Shown here: piece by piece, positions 8,339 through 17,206 of the stretch
Position numbering within the stretch: position 1 is the stretch's first letter
How the letters are laid out: each line of letters begins with the position of its first letter
Assembly: GCA_016178625.1 (NCBI GenBank)
Contig: JACOSX010000017.1
Coordinates: 6,213-70,212, forward strand
Direction: 5' to 3'
From: Ignavibacteria bacterium
GTDB taxonomy: Bacteria; Bacteroidota; Ignavibacteria; UBA10030; SZUA-254
Length of the DNA stretch: 64,000 bases
The notes under the pieces: generated by a model
Seen by the model: only the letters and a program-made list of their open reading frames with translations
Databases searched by the model: none
Told to the model about the DNA's origin: nothing
Translations under genes and position numbers: made by a program

Positions 8339-9664
8339 ATGGATGAACTACGTAATGACAAAGAACCGATCACCCCCTTGGCGGTTACCAATTGGCGAGA
8401 CATCAGACGAACGTTCGGCATCAAGCGGAAGAACCGGCGTGGACACATCTACGTCATTGGCAAGAGCGGGACAGGGAAATCGAGCTTGATGGGTAATATG
8501 GTCATCTCCGATATGGAGCAGGGCTACGGTTTAGCGCTCATCGACCCCCACGGGGATTTGGCTGAAGCTGTACTCACCTACGTGCCGGAAAAGAGACTAG
8601 CCGATGTTATTTATTTCAATCCGGCTGACGTAGCATGCCCGATTGCTTTTAATCCACTAAAGAATGTTGCCCCTGACCAGCGGTACCTCGTGGCCTCAGG
8701 ACTCATTTCCGTATTCAAGAAAATCTGGGCAGAATTCTGGGGACCGCGCTTGGAACACATCCTACGGTTTTCACTCTTGACGCTCTTGGAATATCCACAG
8801 AGCACCTTGCTTGACCTGCCGAGACTGTTGACGGACGCCCAGTTTAGAAAAGAGGTAGTCTCAGGAGTAACCCAGCGTGAGGTACAAGAATTTTGGTCTA
8901 ACGAGTTTGACCGTTATTCGGCCTACTTCAGGTCAGAAGCGGTCGCTCCCATACTCAACAAGATGGGGCAATTCCTCACCAGCCTCCCCTTGAGAAATAT
9001 CGTAGGTCAAAGGCAGACGAGCTTTACCATGCGCGAGGCAATGGATTCTGGGAAAATCCTGATTGCCAATGTATCGAAGGGAAGAATAGGTGAAGATACG
9101 AGCTCGCTCTTGGGGGCGATGCTCGTCACGGAGATTCAGTTAGCTGCCTTGAGCCGAGCCGACACGGAAGAACACCAGCGCAGGCCGTTCTACCTCTACA
9201 TCGATGAGGTACATAATTTCCTCACGACTTCTGTCGCCGACATGCTGTCAGAGAGCAGGAAATTCAACCTTAGCATTACGTGCGCGAATCAATTTACCAA
9301 TCAGTTGGATGACGATGTACGTTCAGCCATTCTCGGCAATGTGGGAACGATAATCTCGTTTCGCGTCGGTCCGGAAGATGCCGAGCTACTCGCCAAGGAG
9401 TTCTCTCCGGTCTTCACTGAATCAGATATCCTCAACCTCCCAAACCATAGCATCTACTTGAAGCTCATGATTGACGGTGTCACCTCCCTACCCTTCAGTG
9501 CCACGACACTCCCTTTGCCTGAGCCCGTATCTTTCTTGGTGGAAAAAATTATCGAAGCTTCACGTAAGCGATATACACGTCCAAGAAAAGAGGTGGAGGC
9601 AGAGATACTGTTGAAGGCCAGGAAAGAACAAAGACGAGAGATCGATCAGCCGAGCCTGTTCTGA
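8339..9664 (+). CDS. TraD/VirD4-like P-loop ATPase (T4SS coupling-protein-like, FtsK/HerA superfamily)
   Basis: Walker A VIGKSGTGKSS, Walker B FYLYIDEVHNF; 441 aa; divergent from the DNA-processing operon. Confidence 0.6.
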   Translation: MDELRNDKEPITPLAVTNWRDIRRTFGIKRKNRRGHIYVIGKSGTGKSSLMGNMVISDMEQGYGLALIDPHGDLAEAVLTYVPEKRLADVIYFNPADVACPIAFNPLKNVAPDQRYLVASGLISVFKKIWAEFWGPRLEHILRFSLLTLLEYPQSTLLDLPRLLTDAQFRKEVVSGVTQREVQEFWSNEFDRYSAYFRSEAVAPILNKMGQFLTSLPLRNIVGQRQTSFTMREAMDSGKILIANVSKGRIGEDTSSLLGAMLVTEIQLAALSRADTEEHQRRPFYLYIDEVHNFLTTSVADMLSESRKFNLSITCANQFTNQLDDDVRSAILGNVGTIISFRVGPEDAELLAKEFSPVFTESDILNLPNHSIYLKLMIDGVTSLPFSATTLPLPEPVSFLVEKIIEASRKRYTRPRKEVEAEILLKARKEQRREIDQPSLF

Positions 9665-9844
9665 ACACGAGCCGCACGGGGTGCAAATCGCCCTAAGGTT
9701 TTGTGTTGCTTTCGATATCAATACTTAGCCATAGTTGACGCCAAAGGAAATTTATCCCGTCATGACTAACACCTCTTGAGACGATATCCTTCTCCTTAGC
9801 TCTTTAACATATCAAACACAATCATAAGAGAAAGGAGAACAGAA

Positions 9845-10111
9845 ATGAACTGCTCGCACTGTGGTCGAGAAGTTACAGGGAGGGTTATCGTTCGAAGCCT
9901 CACCCTTGCTAAGGCACTTCCGGTGGTACAGATGGAATCGACACCGGAGCGTGACTGGATTTGCTGCGATGCCTGCAATACCATCATCTGCCACGACTGC
10001 TGCTGCTACCCGACGAGTGGCTATTGCGATACTTGTATCGAGAAGTACAAGCTCCACGATCACTTAGCTCAGATAGGGCTGATTCCGGGGAGGGAGGATC
10101 ACTGCTTATGA
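9845..10111 (+). CDS. Cys-rich Zn-ribbon-like small protein, copy A
   Basis: 88 aa with CxxC...DWIxCxxC...CxxCCxYPxSGxCxxCI...HLAQIGLIP, paralogous to 10874..11149; AAAGGAG RBS. Confidence 0.6.
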   Translation: MNCSHCGREVTGRVIVRSLTLAKALPVVQMESTPERDWICCDACNTIICHDCCCYPTSGYCDTCIEKYKLHDHLAQIGLIPGREDHCL

Positions 10112-10422
10112 ACACAAATACCCAAAGAGATAGAAGAAACGCTCCTAACGCAAATTTAGGGCTTACAGAAGGCTCTAACTGTGCCACTCGGATGGCCTCC
10201 GAGATGACGATAACACTTGATCCGACTAAGGTAAAAAAGCAGCGAAGAATTCCACGTCTGAGGAAGGTCTACTATGGTTACTATGACCGGGAATTTCAAG
10301 CTCCCCATCCTCTCATTCGTCTCCGTGGCAAATACCTTGAAGATTTCGGGTTCGCGATCGGTGATAAGATTGAGGTCGACTTTCAACCTCACTGCATCAT
10401 CATCACCAAGGTGTTGCCATGA
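10108..10422 (+). CDS. SymE-like protein (second paralog)
   Basis: Starts at MNTNTQ (internal Met of track ORF 9961..10422) behind a GGGAGGGAGGA SD; YYGYYDREFQAPHPLIRLRGKYLEDFGFAIGDKIEV matches the SymE core. ATGA overlaps on both sides. Confidence 0.6.
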   Translation: MNTNTQRDRRNAPNANLGLTEGSNCATRMASEMTITLDPTKVKKQRRIPRLRKVYYGYYDREFQAPHPLIRLRGKYLEDFGFAIGDKIEVDFQPHCIIITKVLP

Positions 10423-10877
10423 AACGCCCCAAAGTGGTATTTGAAACTCCAGTGTACAAGGTGCTGCTGGTGCAGGAGTCGACGGTCGAGGTATCCGAGA
10501 GACAGATCCGAAGTCCGGAAGACGCTGCCAAAATAGTTATGGACTATCTACGAGGTGTCGACCGTGAGCATTTCGTAGGTCTGTACCTCAATTCCGCCAA
10601 TCGGCTCATCGGGATTCACACGATTACGATCGGCATCCTCAACTCGTCGCTGGTTCATCCACGTGAGGTATTCAAGCTTGCTTACATGATGAACGCCGCA
10701 TCGATTATCGTCTCTCACAACCATCCCTCTGGCAATGTTGAACCGTCTAGCGAAGACATTACCCTGACGAAACAGCTTGCTGATGCGGGGAAAATCCTTG
10801 GCATACCTCTTCACGATCACGTAATTGTTACGGAGCAAAACGGTTTCATGAGCTTTGCAGAGAGGGGGTTGTTATGA
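10419..10877 (+). CDS. RadC-like JAB/MPN (DUF2466) protein
   Basis: Complete JAMM motif SHNHPSGNVEPSSED (HxHx7Sx2D); 152 aa. Confidence 0.8.
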   Translation: MKRPKVVFETPVYKVLLVQESTVEVSERQIRSPEDAAKIVMDYLRGVDREHFVGLYLNSANRLIGIHTITIGILNSSLVHPREVFKLAYMMNAASIIVSHNHPSGNVEPSSEDITLTKQLADAGKILGIPLHDHVIVTEQNGFMSFAERGLL

Positions 10878-11149
10878 AATGCGAAGTCTGCGGTCGGGAT
10901 CTGGTTGGTGACATTGTCGTTCGGGACCCGCTGCCGAATGAGAAGGCAAGCATACCAACGCTTGTGCCGATGCCGGAAGAGCGTGATTGGATTTGGTGCA
11001 ATGGCTGCGATCAGATTGTTTTTGTTTGTCACAACTGTTGCTTATGTCCAGTCTCTGGATTCTGCAATGCGTGCATTAATAACTTTAATCTGTCGGAGTA
11101 TCTTGCCCAAGTCGGTTTGATTCCGAAAAGGAAGGGACACTCCATATGA
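10874..11149 (+). CDS. Cys-rich Zn-ribbon-like small protein, copy B
   Basis: 91 aa, about 45% identical to copy A with the same Cys spacing; ATGA overlap with the RadC stop. Confidence 0.6.
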   Translation: MKCEVCGRDLVGDIVVRDPLPNEKASIPTLVPMPEERDWIWCNGCDQIVFVCHNCCLCPVSGFCNACINNFNLSEYLAQVGLIPKRKGHSI

Positions 11150-11245
11150 AAAGCCGGCAAGATCCTCGGGATCCGGCTTCACGATCATATCATCGTCACT
11201 GAACACAACGGGTACACGAGCTTCGCTGAACGAGGCTTGCTGTAG
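11150..11245 (+). pseudogene. RadC C-terminal remnant (31 codons) directly after, and in frame with, Zn-ribbon copy B
   Basis: KAGKILGIRLHDHIIVTEHNGYTSFAERGLL* against the RadC C-terminus DAGKILGIPLHDHVIVTEQNGFMSFAERGLL*. Confidence 0.6.
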
Positions 11246-11458
11246 CTGAAAGCCTAGTGCACAAAACACCGGGCTTTTTTATTGCCCGACTCGTATGGGT
11301 GGATGAACCAAGAATGTTTTCTTGACAGCTTTAGAGGGTTCTGATAGTGTGGGAAACATGGTTGTGAGGAAGTCCCCGCGCCGTTTGAGGCATCCCTTTG
11401 ATTTGTAACCAACAAAAAACAACTTAACAAGCAAAGGGGTTCTCCTAAGGAGGGAAAA

Positions 11459-11611
11459 ATGGAACTTTACTTTTGGGGTTTTGTAGCACTCCTTATCATT
11501 CTTTCGTATGTGTGGATTTACTTCTTCAACAAACTTAACCGAGAGGTGCTAAACCTCGAAGGGCGCATAAGCGAGCTCGAGGGAATTGTGGGGAAGGCAA
11601 CAAAACAATAA
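11459..11611 (+). CDS. small single-TM protein (50 aa)
   Basis: ORF MELYFWGFVALLIILSYVWIYFF... with an AAGGAGGG RBS; below the 60-aa track cutoff. Confidence 0.35.
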   Translation: MELYFWGFVALLIILSYVWIYFFNKLNREVLNLEGRISELEGIVGKATKQ

Positions 11612-11649
11612 TGAAAACCAGGGGCTTCAGCCTGTTTCTCAACTCCAAC

Positions 11650-11681
11650 GTCATGAAAAGCGTTGGAGTTTTATTAACTCC
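11650..11681. terminator. 10-bp perfect hairpin (AACTCCAACG/CGTTGGAGTT) between convergent genes
   Basis: Inverted repeat between the end of the small ORF (+) and the end of the UbiA gene (-). Confidence 0.4.
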
Positions 11682-11684
11682 AAC

Positions 11685-12530
11685 CTACAGTAATATCGCA
11701 GGTACCAGACAGAGAAAAGCGAACCGTGTCAACAGCAAAAAACGCTCAATGCCTAATGCACTCGGCTGAGACCGGCAAAGTACTATACCTATCCAGAGTA
11801 ATAAATTTAATAAAACGCCAACAAATAGTGTGAACCACACAGTACTCCACATTATTGAAGAGACTATGAACAAAAGTGAGCTGACCCCGAACAGATATAT
11901 ACATATGTCCAAAGCTCGTTCAATTCCAAGGCGGATCGGCACCGATGTTTTTCCGATCGACTTGTCAGCGAGGAGATCCCTAATATCTAAGACAATCTCC
12001 CGTCCGAATATCATAAAGAAAGTGCCTCCTGCTGCTATCATCAACGGCAGTGAGAAAGTTCCAATACTCATACCAAATACGATGGTCAGGGAACTACTCA
12101 CGGCAGTGATACCGTTTGCCCAGATTCCATACCTGTTATTCACAAAGGAGTAGATGCTTAACAGTAGAACTGTTCCAACATCAACCAGGAGCGCCGTGGT
12201 GTTAAGATTGAACGAAAGAAAAATCGAAGCTGCAGCAAACAAGAACGCTATAAATAACGCTTGTTTCTTGGACAACCTACCACTCACCAGCGCACGATCA
12301 GGATGGTTGATCCTATCCTTCTCTGTGTCAACGCAATCATTTACAACAAACCCGAATCCAGAAGTCAGCAGGATAACCGCGAAGCCGCAGAAAGCTGTTT
12401 TCAAGGAACCAACTGAGGCAGTAGCCAGATAGACACTTGCTCCAATAATTCCCGCTACCGAGGAGACGAACAACCGAAGTGTTGAGATGACCGCCGTCGA
12501 CGTTGTAATGACGCTATTAGTCATCACCAT
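11685..12530 (-). CDS. UbiA-family prenyltransferase
   Basis: NDCVDTEKDRINHPDRAL (NDxxDxxxD) and multiple TM helices. Confidence 0.7.
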   Translation of the reverse strand: MVMTNSVITTSTAVISTLRLFVSSVAGIIGASVYLATASVGSLKTAFCGFAVILLTSGFGFVVNDCVDTEKDRINHPDRALVSGRLSKKQALFIAFLFAAASIFLSFNLNTTALLVDVGTVLLLSIYSFVNNRYGIWANGITAVSSSLTIVFGMSIGTFSLPLMIAAGGTFFMIFGREIVLDIRDLLADKSIGKTSVPIRLGIERALDICIYLFGVSSLLFIVSSIMWSTVWFTLFVGVLLNLLLWIGIVLCRSQPSALGIERFLLLTRFAFLCLVPAILL

Positions 12531-13377
12531 TCTCCTTTGGATTAGATTTGGCGTACTCGTTAAGGTCTACCAACACATCGTGGAAGCTTAGGTGCTTCAT
12601 TAAAACTTCCTGGTAGGCAGTATAAATGGCAAGAAGAAGTCCAATAAAAATTACTCCGTAAGAAAGAGTATTATTATTGTCCGTAGCTTCTGTCCAACCT
12701 CCGTACAACAATTTGACCTCTTTCTTGAGCGAAACCACAGCGGAAGAATCTTTTGCAATAGCGCTCGAATCCTGGGCAATAATCTGGTCAATCGTACCAC
12801 TAGCAGCATTATATACAGACGATGCTTGCTCTTTAGAAAAGGCAAGCATTTTCCCTCCATCCACCTTCCAACTAAGCCACAGTATAAGTAATGAAACACA
12901 ACTGTAGACTATAAGAATTTTTTCAAAATACTTTACTGCGTTCTTGCCGTAGCCTTCCGTTTTAGAATCGAAGTAGAGCTGCACCGACTTTGTAGCAATG
13001 CATACAATGCCAATTCCTACCAGCAAAAACCTGGGGCGCGAAAAAACGTTAACTCCCAGAAGTCCAAGCTGTGCAATTAGTAATCCGACCGAAAAGATTG
13101 TTCCACGTATATTCTCTCTCATCCTTCTCAAAATCTTGAAGTAGAATCGCAAACTTTGCGCGGCAAGGATTACAACAATAATAGAGACAATCGCTGCTTT
13201 GACCAGTACGCCTTCAGGAGAGGGCACTTCCACTATAGAAAGATCGTGAACTAATGGGACCGCCGTCGCAAAGGCACAACCTATAACAACACCTACTGTC
13301 ATGCCCCTGTTTTCCCTTGTAACCTTCGTCAACTCCGGAAAACTATCCAGCTCATGCTTTGACTTCGTTTCGTTCAA
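12517..13377 (-). CDS. hypothetical integral membrane protein
   Basis: Several hydrophobic helices; overlaps the UbiA start by 14 nt, so probably one operon. Confidence 0.5.
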   Translation of the reverse strand: MNETKSKHELDSFPELTKVTRENRGMTVGVVIGCAFATAVPLVHDLSIVEVPSPEGVLVKAAIVSIIVVILAAQSLRFYFKILRRMRENIRGTIFSVGLLIAQLGLLGVNVFSRPRFLLVGIGIVCIATKSVQLYFDSKTEGYGKNAVKYFEKILIVYSCVSLLILWLSWKVDGGKMLAFSKEQASSVYNAASGTIDQIIAQDSSAIAKDSSAVVSLKKEVKLLYGGWTEATDNNNTLSYGVIFIGLLLAIYTAYQEVLMKHLSFHDVLVDLNEYAKSNPKENGDD

Positions 13378-13806
13378 GATGGGATCCTCACAAAGTTTTT
13401 AGATGGTAAAGATATTGAATTTTCTACTTCAATTCAAACTTCAATTCAAGCCGAAGTGAGGTTAGCAAACCACATTTTGATAAGCAAGAGCAATGCCGTA
13501 AACTCGATTGGTTCTGGACACACCCTCGCTGTTGCGAGGCCCTCAGCCCTCCGTAACAGACAGCCACGCTTCCTGCGGGGCTGTCTGCACCCCTGATCCG
13601 ATCGCACCCGGAACGTTCAACGCAGGTAAAACTGGATTGCATAGCGGTTGTGTGTTTGATCCGCTCAGCGACTAAGCCATGCGTTGTGGCGTTCCCTGCG
13701 ATGAGGTGTGCCATTGGGCTCCAACGAGGTTGGCAGGGGTGGAAATATCTTGAACGAACTAGGGATAGAAAGCAAAGGTTGTCGTTCGTTAGTTTGGATG
13801 TAGGGC

Positions 13807-14598
13807 TTAGAATAATTTGTACAAGTGTGACGGCTGGGGAATTTCTTTTATTTGAATGTGTTGGATTAATTTCTCAAGCTTATCCATGAAGGCGTGGAAA
13901 TCATCATGACGATCGACCGCGAAGCCCCAGTAAAACGATAGATTGTGTCCCAGAGAATAGGACTTGCCCTGCACGAGTTGAATATCCATCCAAGTGAGGT
14001 TAAACCAATTATCACGAAGCACCCCGTTTAACTGAATGATGGTTTCAGCATCGAGGTATCCTGCATAAGTACTGAGGGTAGAGATAAGCTCATTGTTAGC
14101 ACTCTGCGCTTGATCTGTAAGAAACTGTGAGACGTAGGGATATTCTAAGCCAAGATATGCCCGCCACGATGAATCGTATAAGGGCACTTGCGACCTCACG
14201 TCTATCTGGCCGAGACTGGAAATAAAAGATGAGTCCAATATCCTTTTGAAAAGGGCAATAAAGGTAAAACTGCTATCCCATTCAGAAGTGGACATGGGTT
14301 TGGTTCTGTTTACTGCATTAATCGAAAAAACGAGATGTCCAATTCCTTGGGCAATCTCATGATATGCGATTTGGCGGACTGTGTCTCTCTGTCTTTCTTG
14401 CCACTCGGAATGCCGGCGATTTTCATTGGAGGAAAGGACAGAAAGGATAGCAATAGTAACAGCAGTTAGAAGAGCAATTCTCCCCACTAGAGTAAGTCTT
14501 CTAAGACCCCTTTTTTGGGAGTTCCATGTATTACCTACAATCCCGACCACAGCAGTGACAAGGCCGGCCAAGTGCAAAAGCAAATCCCTATCAATCAA
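13807..14598 (-). CDS. hypothetical membrane-anchored protein (2 N-terminal TM helices plus a roughly 200-aa soluble domain)
   Basis: 263-aa ORF directly downstream of the TIR gene. Confidence 0.5.
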   Translation of the reverse strand: MIDRDLLLHLAGLVTAVVGIVGNTWNSQKRGLRRLTLVGRIALLTAVTIAILSVLSSNENRRHSEWQERQRDTVRQIAYHEIAQGIGHLVFSINAVNRTKPMSTSEWDSSFTFIALFKRILDSSFISSLGQIDVRSQVPLYDSSWRAYLGLEYPYVSQFLTDQAQSANNELISTLSTYAGYLDAETIIQLNGVLRDNWFNLTWMDIQLVQGKSYSLGHNLSFYWGFAVDRHDDFHAFMDKLEKLIQHIQIKEIPQPSHLYKLF

Positions 14599-14779
14599 AG
14601 CAGGCCCACGGGTGTACTACTATCTGCGTAGAGCCAAATTGGTTCAAGGATCCGATTGACTTGTTGGAAGTCAAACGTGTCGGCGTGAGTGAACATGAGC
14701 GCTTTCCGGATCCTCGAATGGTTGCGAACTTCCTTCAATGGTTTACGTCTGAATTGGTAGGGCATAAAGATTTACATCT

Positions 14780-15250
14780 TTAGCTCTTAGATGAGAGTAT
14801 AGCGATGCCAATGAGTACGCCAAGTGCTATCAGAAGTGCTCGGTCGTTCTCTTTCGCCATCCTGAGACGCTGAAGATAAGAGAGCAATGTCGATAAACTG
14901 CCAGGGGGATTGCCGAAGTCAAATGGGTTGTACTCTCGACCTTGTAGCATCGCTAAGCTTCGATCCGGTATACCAGGTTGAACGAGCGGAATGATCAACT
15001 TACCAGAGGCTTCTGCAAAACCGACTTCTTGTTGAACGTAAGGAGAGAGATGACTGGTAAGCGTGAGAAGAACTACAACCGCATCGGCGACTTGAATGGC
15101 TTGCTTTACCTTTCCAGCGAGTAAGGTTCCGGGCTGCGGATCGTGCTCAAACAGATATGTTTCTATCCCAATGCTTGTAGCATTAGACGCGATCCACTTA
15201 ACCCACTCTGAATCGCTGGCACTGTGACTGAGGAAAACTTTGTAACCCAT
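14780..15250 (-). CDS. TIR-domain protein with a C-terminal transmembrane anchor
   Basis: KVFLSHSASD N-terminal TIR motif and conserved Glu in YVQQEVGFA; C-terminal ALLIALGVLIGIAILSS helix; 156 aa. Confidence 0.7.
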   Translation of the reverse strand: MGYKVFLSHSASDSEWVKWIASNATSIGIETYLFEHDPQPGTLLAGKVKQAIQVADAVVVLLTLTSHLSPYVQQEVGFAEASGKLIIPLVQPGIPDRSLAMLQGREYNPFDFGNPPGSLSTLLSYLQRLRMAKENDRALLIALGVLIGIAILSSKS

Positions 15251-15433
15251 TCGATAAGGGGACCTGTTTTGTTTCGCTAATTATACGGATTGCGACCGCG
15301 AAACGCAAGTGGAGAAACTAGATTTTGAAAAACAGTGACGTTCGAGAGAGTGGGGAATTAGTGCTGTCGCACTCTTAGCAGACGGAAGGCGACATCGAGG
15401 AGTTTAGCTAACCTGTTGGAATGAGTTGAGTGT

Positions 15434-15793
15434 TCAGTACCTCCGTCCACCTGACCTCATAGAACCAAACATCCGCGGGAGAAATCTGGGTCGAAAAGGA
15501 CGATGAATAAAGACCCGCCGATGGAACGGCGTAACAAGCGATACACCGAACCGTCTGCACCCAAATGAAGGACGGTAAAATGGCGCCGGGTAAAAATAAG
15601 GTCTAGGGTAGTATGGCCCCCCACCACCGTAATAGTTATTAATGACCACTTGTTTCGAGGAGTCTTGATCTGTGGAATATTCCTTGGCTTGCGCCAACAT
15701 CACCCCTGAAGCAACGACCCAAATTGCCCCTGCGCTAAACACGAGCAGCATATTCCTTCTCACTTGCATTGCTCTGTTTAATTTGTATTGCAT
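15434..15793 (-). CDS. secreted Gly/Pro/Tyr-rich hypothetical protein
   Basis: Signal-peptide-like N-terminus (likely start at MQVRRNMLL); low-complexity YYGGGGPYYPRPYFYPAPFYRP. Confidence 0.4.
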   Translation of the reverse strand: MQYKLNRAMQVRRNMLLVFSAGAIWVVASGVMLAQAKEYSTDQDSSKQVVINNYYGGGGPYYPRPYFYPAPFYRPSFGCRRFGVSLVTPFHRRVFIHRPFRPRFLPRMFGSMRSGGRRY

Positions 15794-16101
15794 TGTTAGT
15801 CCGTCAAGAATTTCAACAAAAGTCGTGCCGAGAAAATTTTCGATTCATGAGGGGGGCAAAGCGGAATTAGACCAAACAATGCGTGTTAGAGAGAGGACAA
15901 CGCGGAGTGCTGTGTATCAAAAAGGGGACTTTTAGTTTATGGTAAAGTGTGCTGGCTAGACTCACTTGGCTGTCGAAAGATACGGAGAAAAGAAGATTTT
16001 TCAAGGATTGCACGAACCAAAAATGCTGGGGTTCGTTGACGTGAAGTAAGGGAGTGAACGTGTCGCACTATCAGACGGAAAGCGACAGGTAGCTTCGGAA
16101 T

Positions 16102-16452
16102 TCATACGCTCAGTACTTTGATGACAACACTGAGCAGCTCCTCTGGGTCATACGGCTTGGTGATGTAGTCATTCGCTCCAAGCTTTATGCACTCAAGCGC
16201 TGTTGAGATGTCCCGCATCACCGTGAGCATGATTACCCTCGGATGCTTATGAACTTTTTGCATCTCCTTAAGCACGGCCAAGCCATTCATCCGACGCATC
16301 TTCATATCGAGCAAAACAATATCGTAGTCAAGCTGCTTGATTTTCTCTAGGGCAACATCGCCATCATCTGCCACGTCCACCACAAAGTCTTCATTGGTGA
16401 ACTGCTCATAGAGTGACTGTCTCAATTCCACACTATCATCAACCACGAGCAT
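16102..16452 (-). CDS. stand-alone CheY-like response regulator receiver
   Basis: VVDDS...D...LLDMKM...K receiver signature; 116 aa. Confidence 0.8.
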   Translation of the reverse strand: MLVVDDSVELRQSLYEQFTNEDFVVDVADDGDVALEKIKQLDYDIVLLDMKMRRMNGLAVLKEMQKVHKHPRVIMLTVMRDISTALECIKLGANDYITKPYDPEELLSVVIKVLSV

Positions 16453-16522
16453 TTTTGGTTTTACCGTACGACTCTCCGATGGCGTAATGAAACAGAGCTA
16501 TCGTATACTGCCTTCGTTTGCC

Positions 16523-16888
16523 TCACGATGAAATCCGCTCGATTGTTGCCAGGAGGTCCTGGATGTCGTACGGTTTGCTGATAAAATCTTCGGCACCATA
16601 CTGCTTCGCTTCCATGGCTTGTTTGAGGTCAGCAAAAGCGGTCAGCATGATCACCTTCGTCTCGGGGCTTTGCTGCTTGATGAACCTCAGTACCTCCAAG
16701 CCGTCAACCATCGGCATGCGCACGTCGAGGATTGCAAGGTCAAAGTGTTCACCTTGGACGAGGGCTATGGCTTCACCACCACCGGCAGCGGTGGTGACCT
16801 CATAGCCAGCAGCCGAGAGCACGTCGCTCAAGGTACTCCTGATGTTCTCCTCATCATCAACTATGAGGAGGTGAAGGTTGTGAGCCAT
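16523..16888 (-). CDS. stand-alone CheY-like response regulator receiver
   Basis: LIVDDEENIR, ILDVRMP and KP receiver signature; 121 aa. Confidence 0.8.
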   Translation of the reverse strand: MAHNLHLLIVDDEENIRSTLSDVLSAAGYEVTTAAGGGEAIALVQGEHFDLAILDVRMPMVDGLEVLRFIKQQSPETKVIMLTAFADLKQAMEAKQYGAEDFISKPYDIQDLLATIERISS

Positions 16889-17053
16889 CCGTTATTGTTC
16901 GTACTGTCTAGTAAACGATTGGAGAGTGAACGGCATAAAAATACGAAAGAAAGTTACGAATTCCAAGCGATATTTTGTTGCAGACGTACTTTTAAATGGA
17001 AGGCAACAAGAAGGCTCGGAAATTTTCCGAGCCTTCTCCAGTTCATGGGAATA

Positions 17054-17206
17054 CCTCTACTTACCACAGGCTCGATAGTCTGGGCAGGCCGGGGTTCCGC
17101 ACAAGGGACAACCCCCTCGATCAACCTTGGGGCTTGTTCCGGAGAACCCTAACGCAGTGACCACCAGTGCAAGCACGGTAAGCAGCAGCGTGAGTTTCTG
17201 TTTCAT
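17054..17206 (-). CDS. small secreted Cys-rich peptide (50 aa), start overlaps the CsoR-family stop (ATGA)
   Basis: MKQKLTLLLTVLALVVTALGFSGTSPKVDRGGCPLCGTPACPDYRACGK; signal peptide plus CxxC and CxxxxxC; not in the ORF track. Confidence 0.4.

Noticed and set aside
9961-10422. 153-aa version of the ORF starting at 9961
   Set aside because: The upstream 49 codons overlap the Cys-rich gene A in another frame. The internal Met at 10108 has a strong GGGAGGGAGGA SD and an ATGA coupling, so the shorter 105-aa SymE-like product is preferred
13424-13714. 96-aa minus-strand ORF and a 9-bp perfect hairpin (CAGACAGCC...GGCTGTCTG) that superficially recalls SRP RNA helix 8 (GCAGGAAGC)
   Set aside because: The ORF has no RBS and is Cys/Arg-rich (likely noncoding). 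The hairpin is a perfect symmetric stem rather than the asymmetric-loop SRP domain IV, and the conserved GGUCCGGAAGGAAGCAGCC string is absent. Left as an unexplained 430-bp noncoding gap
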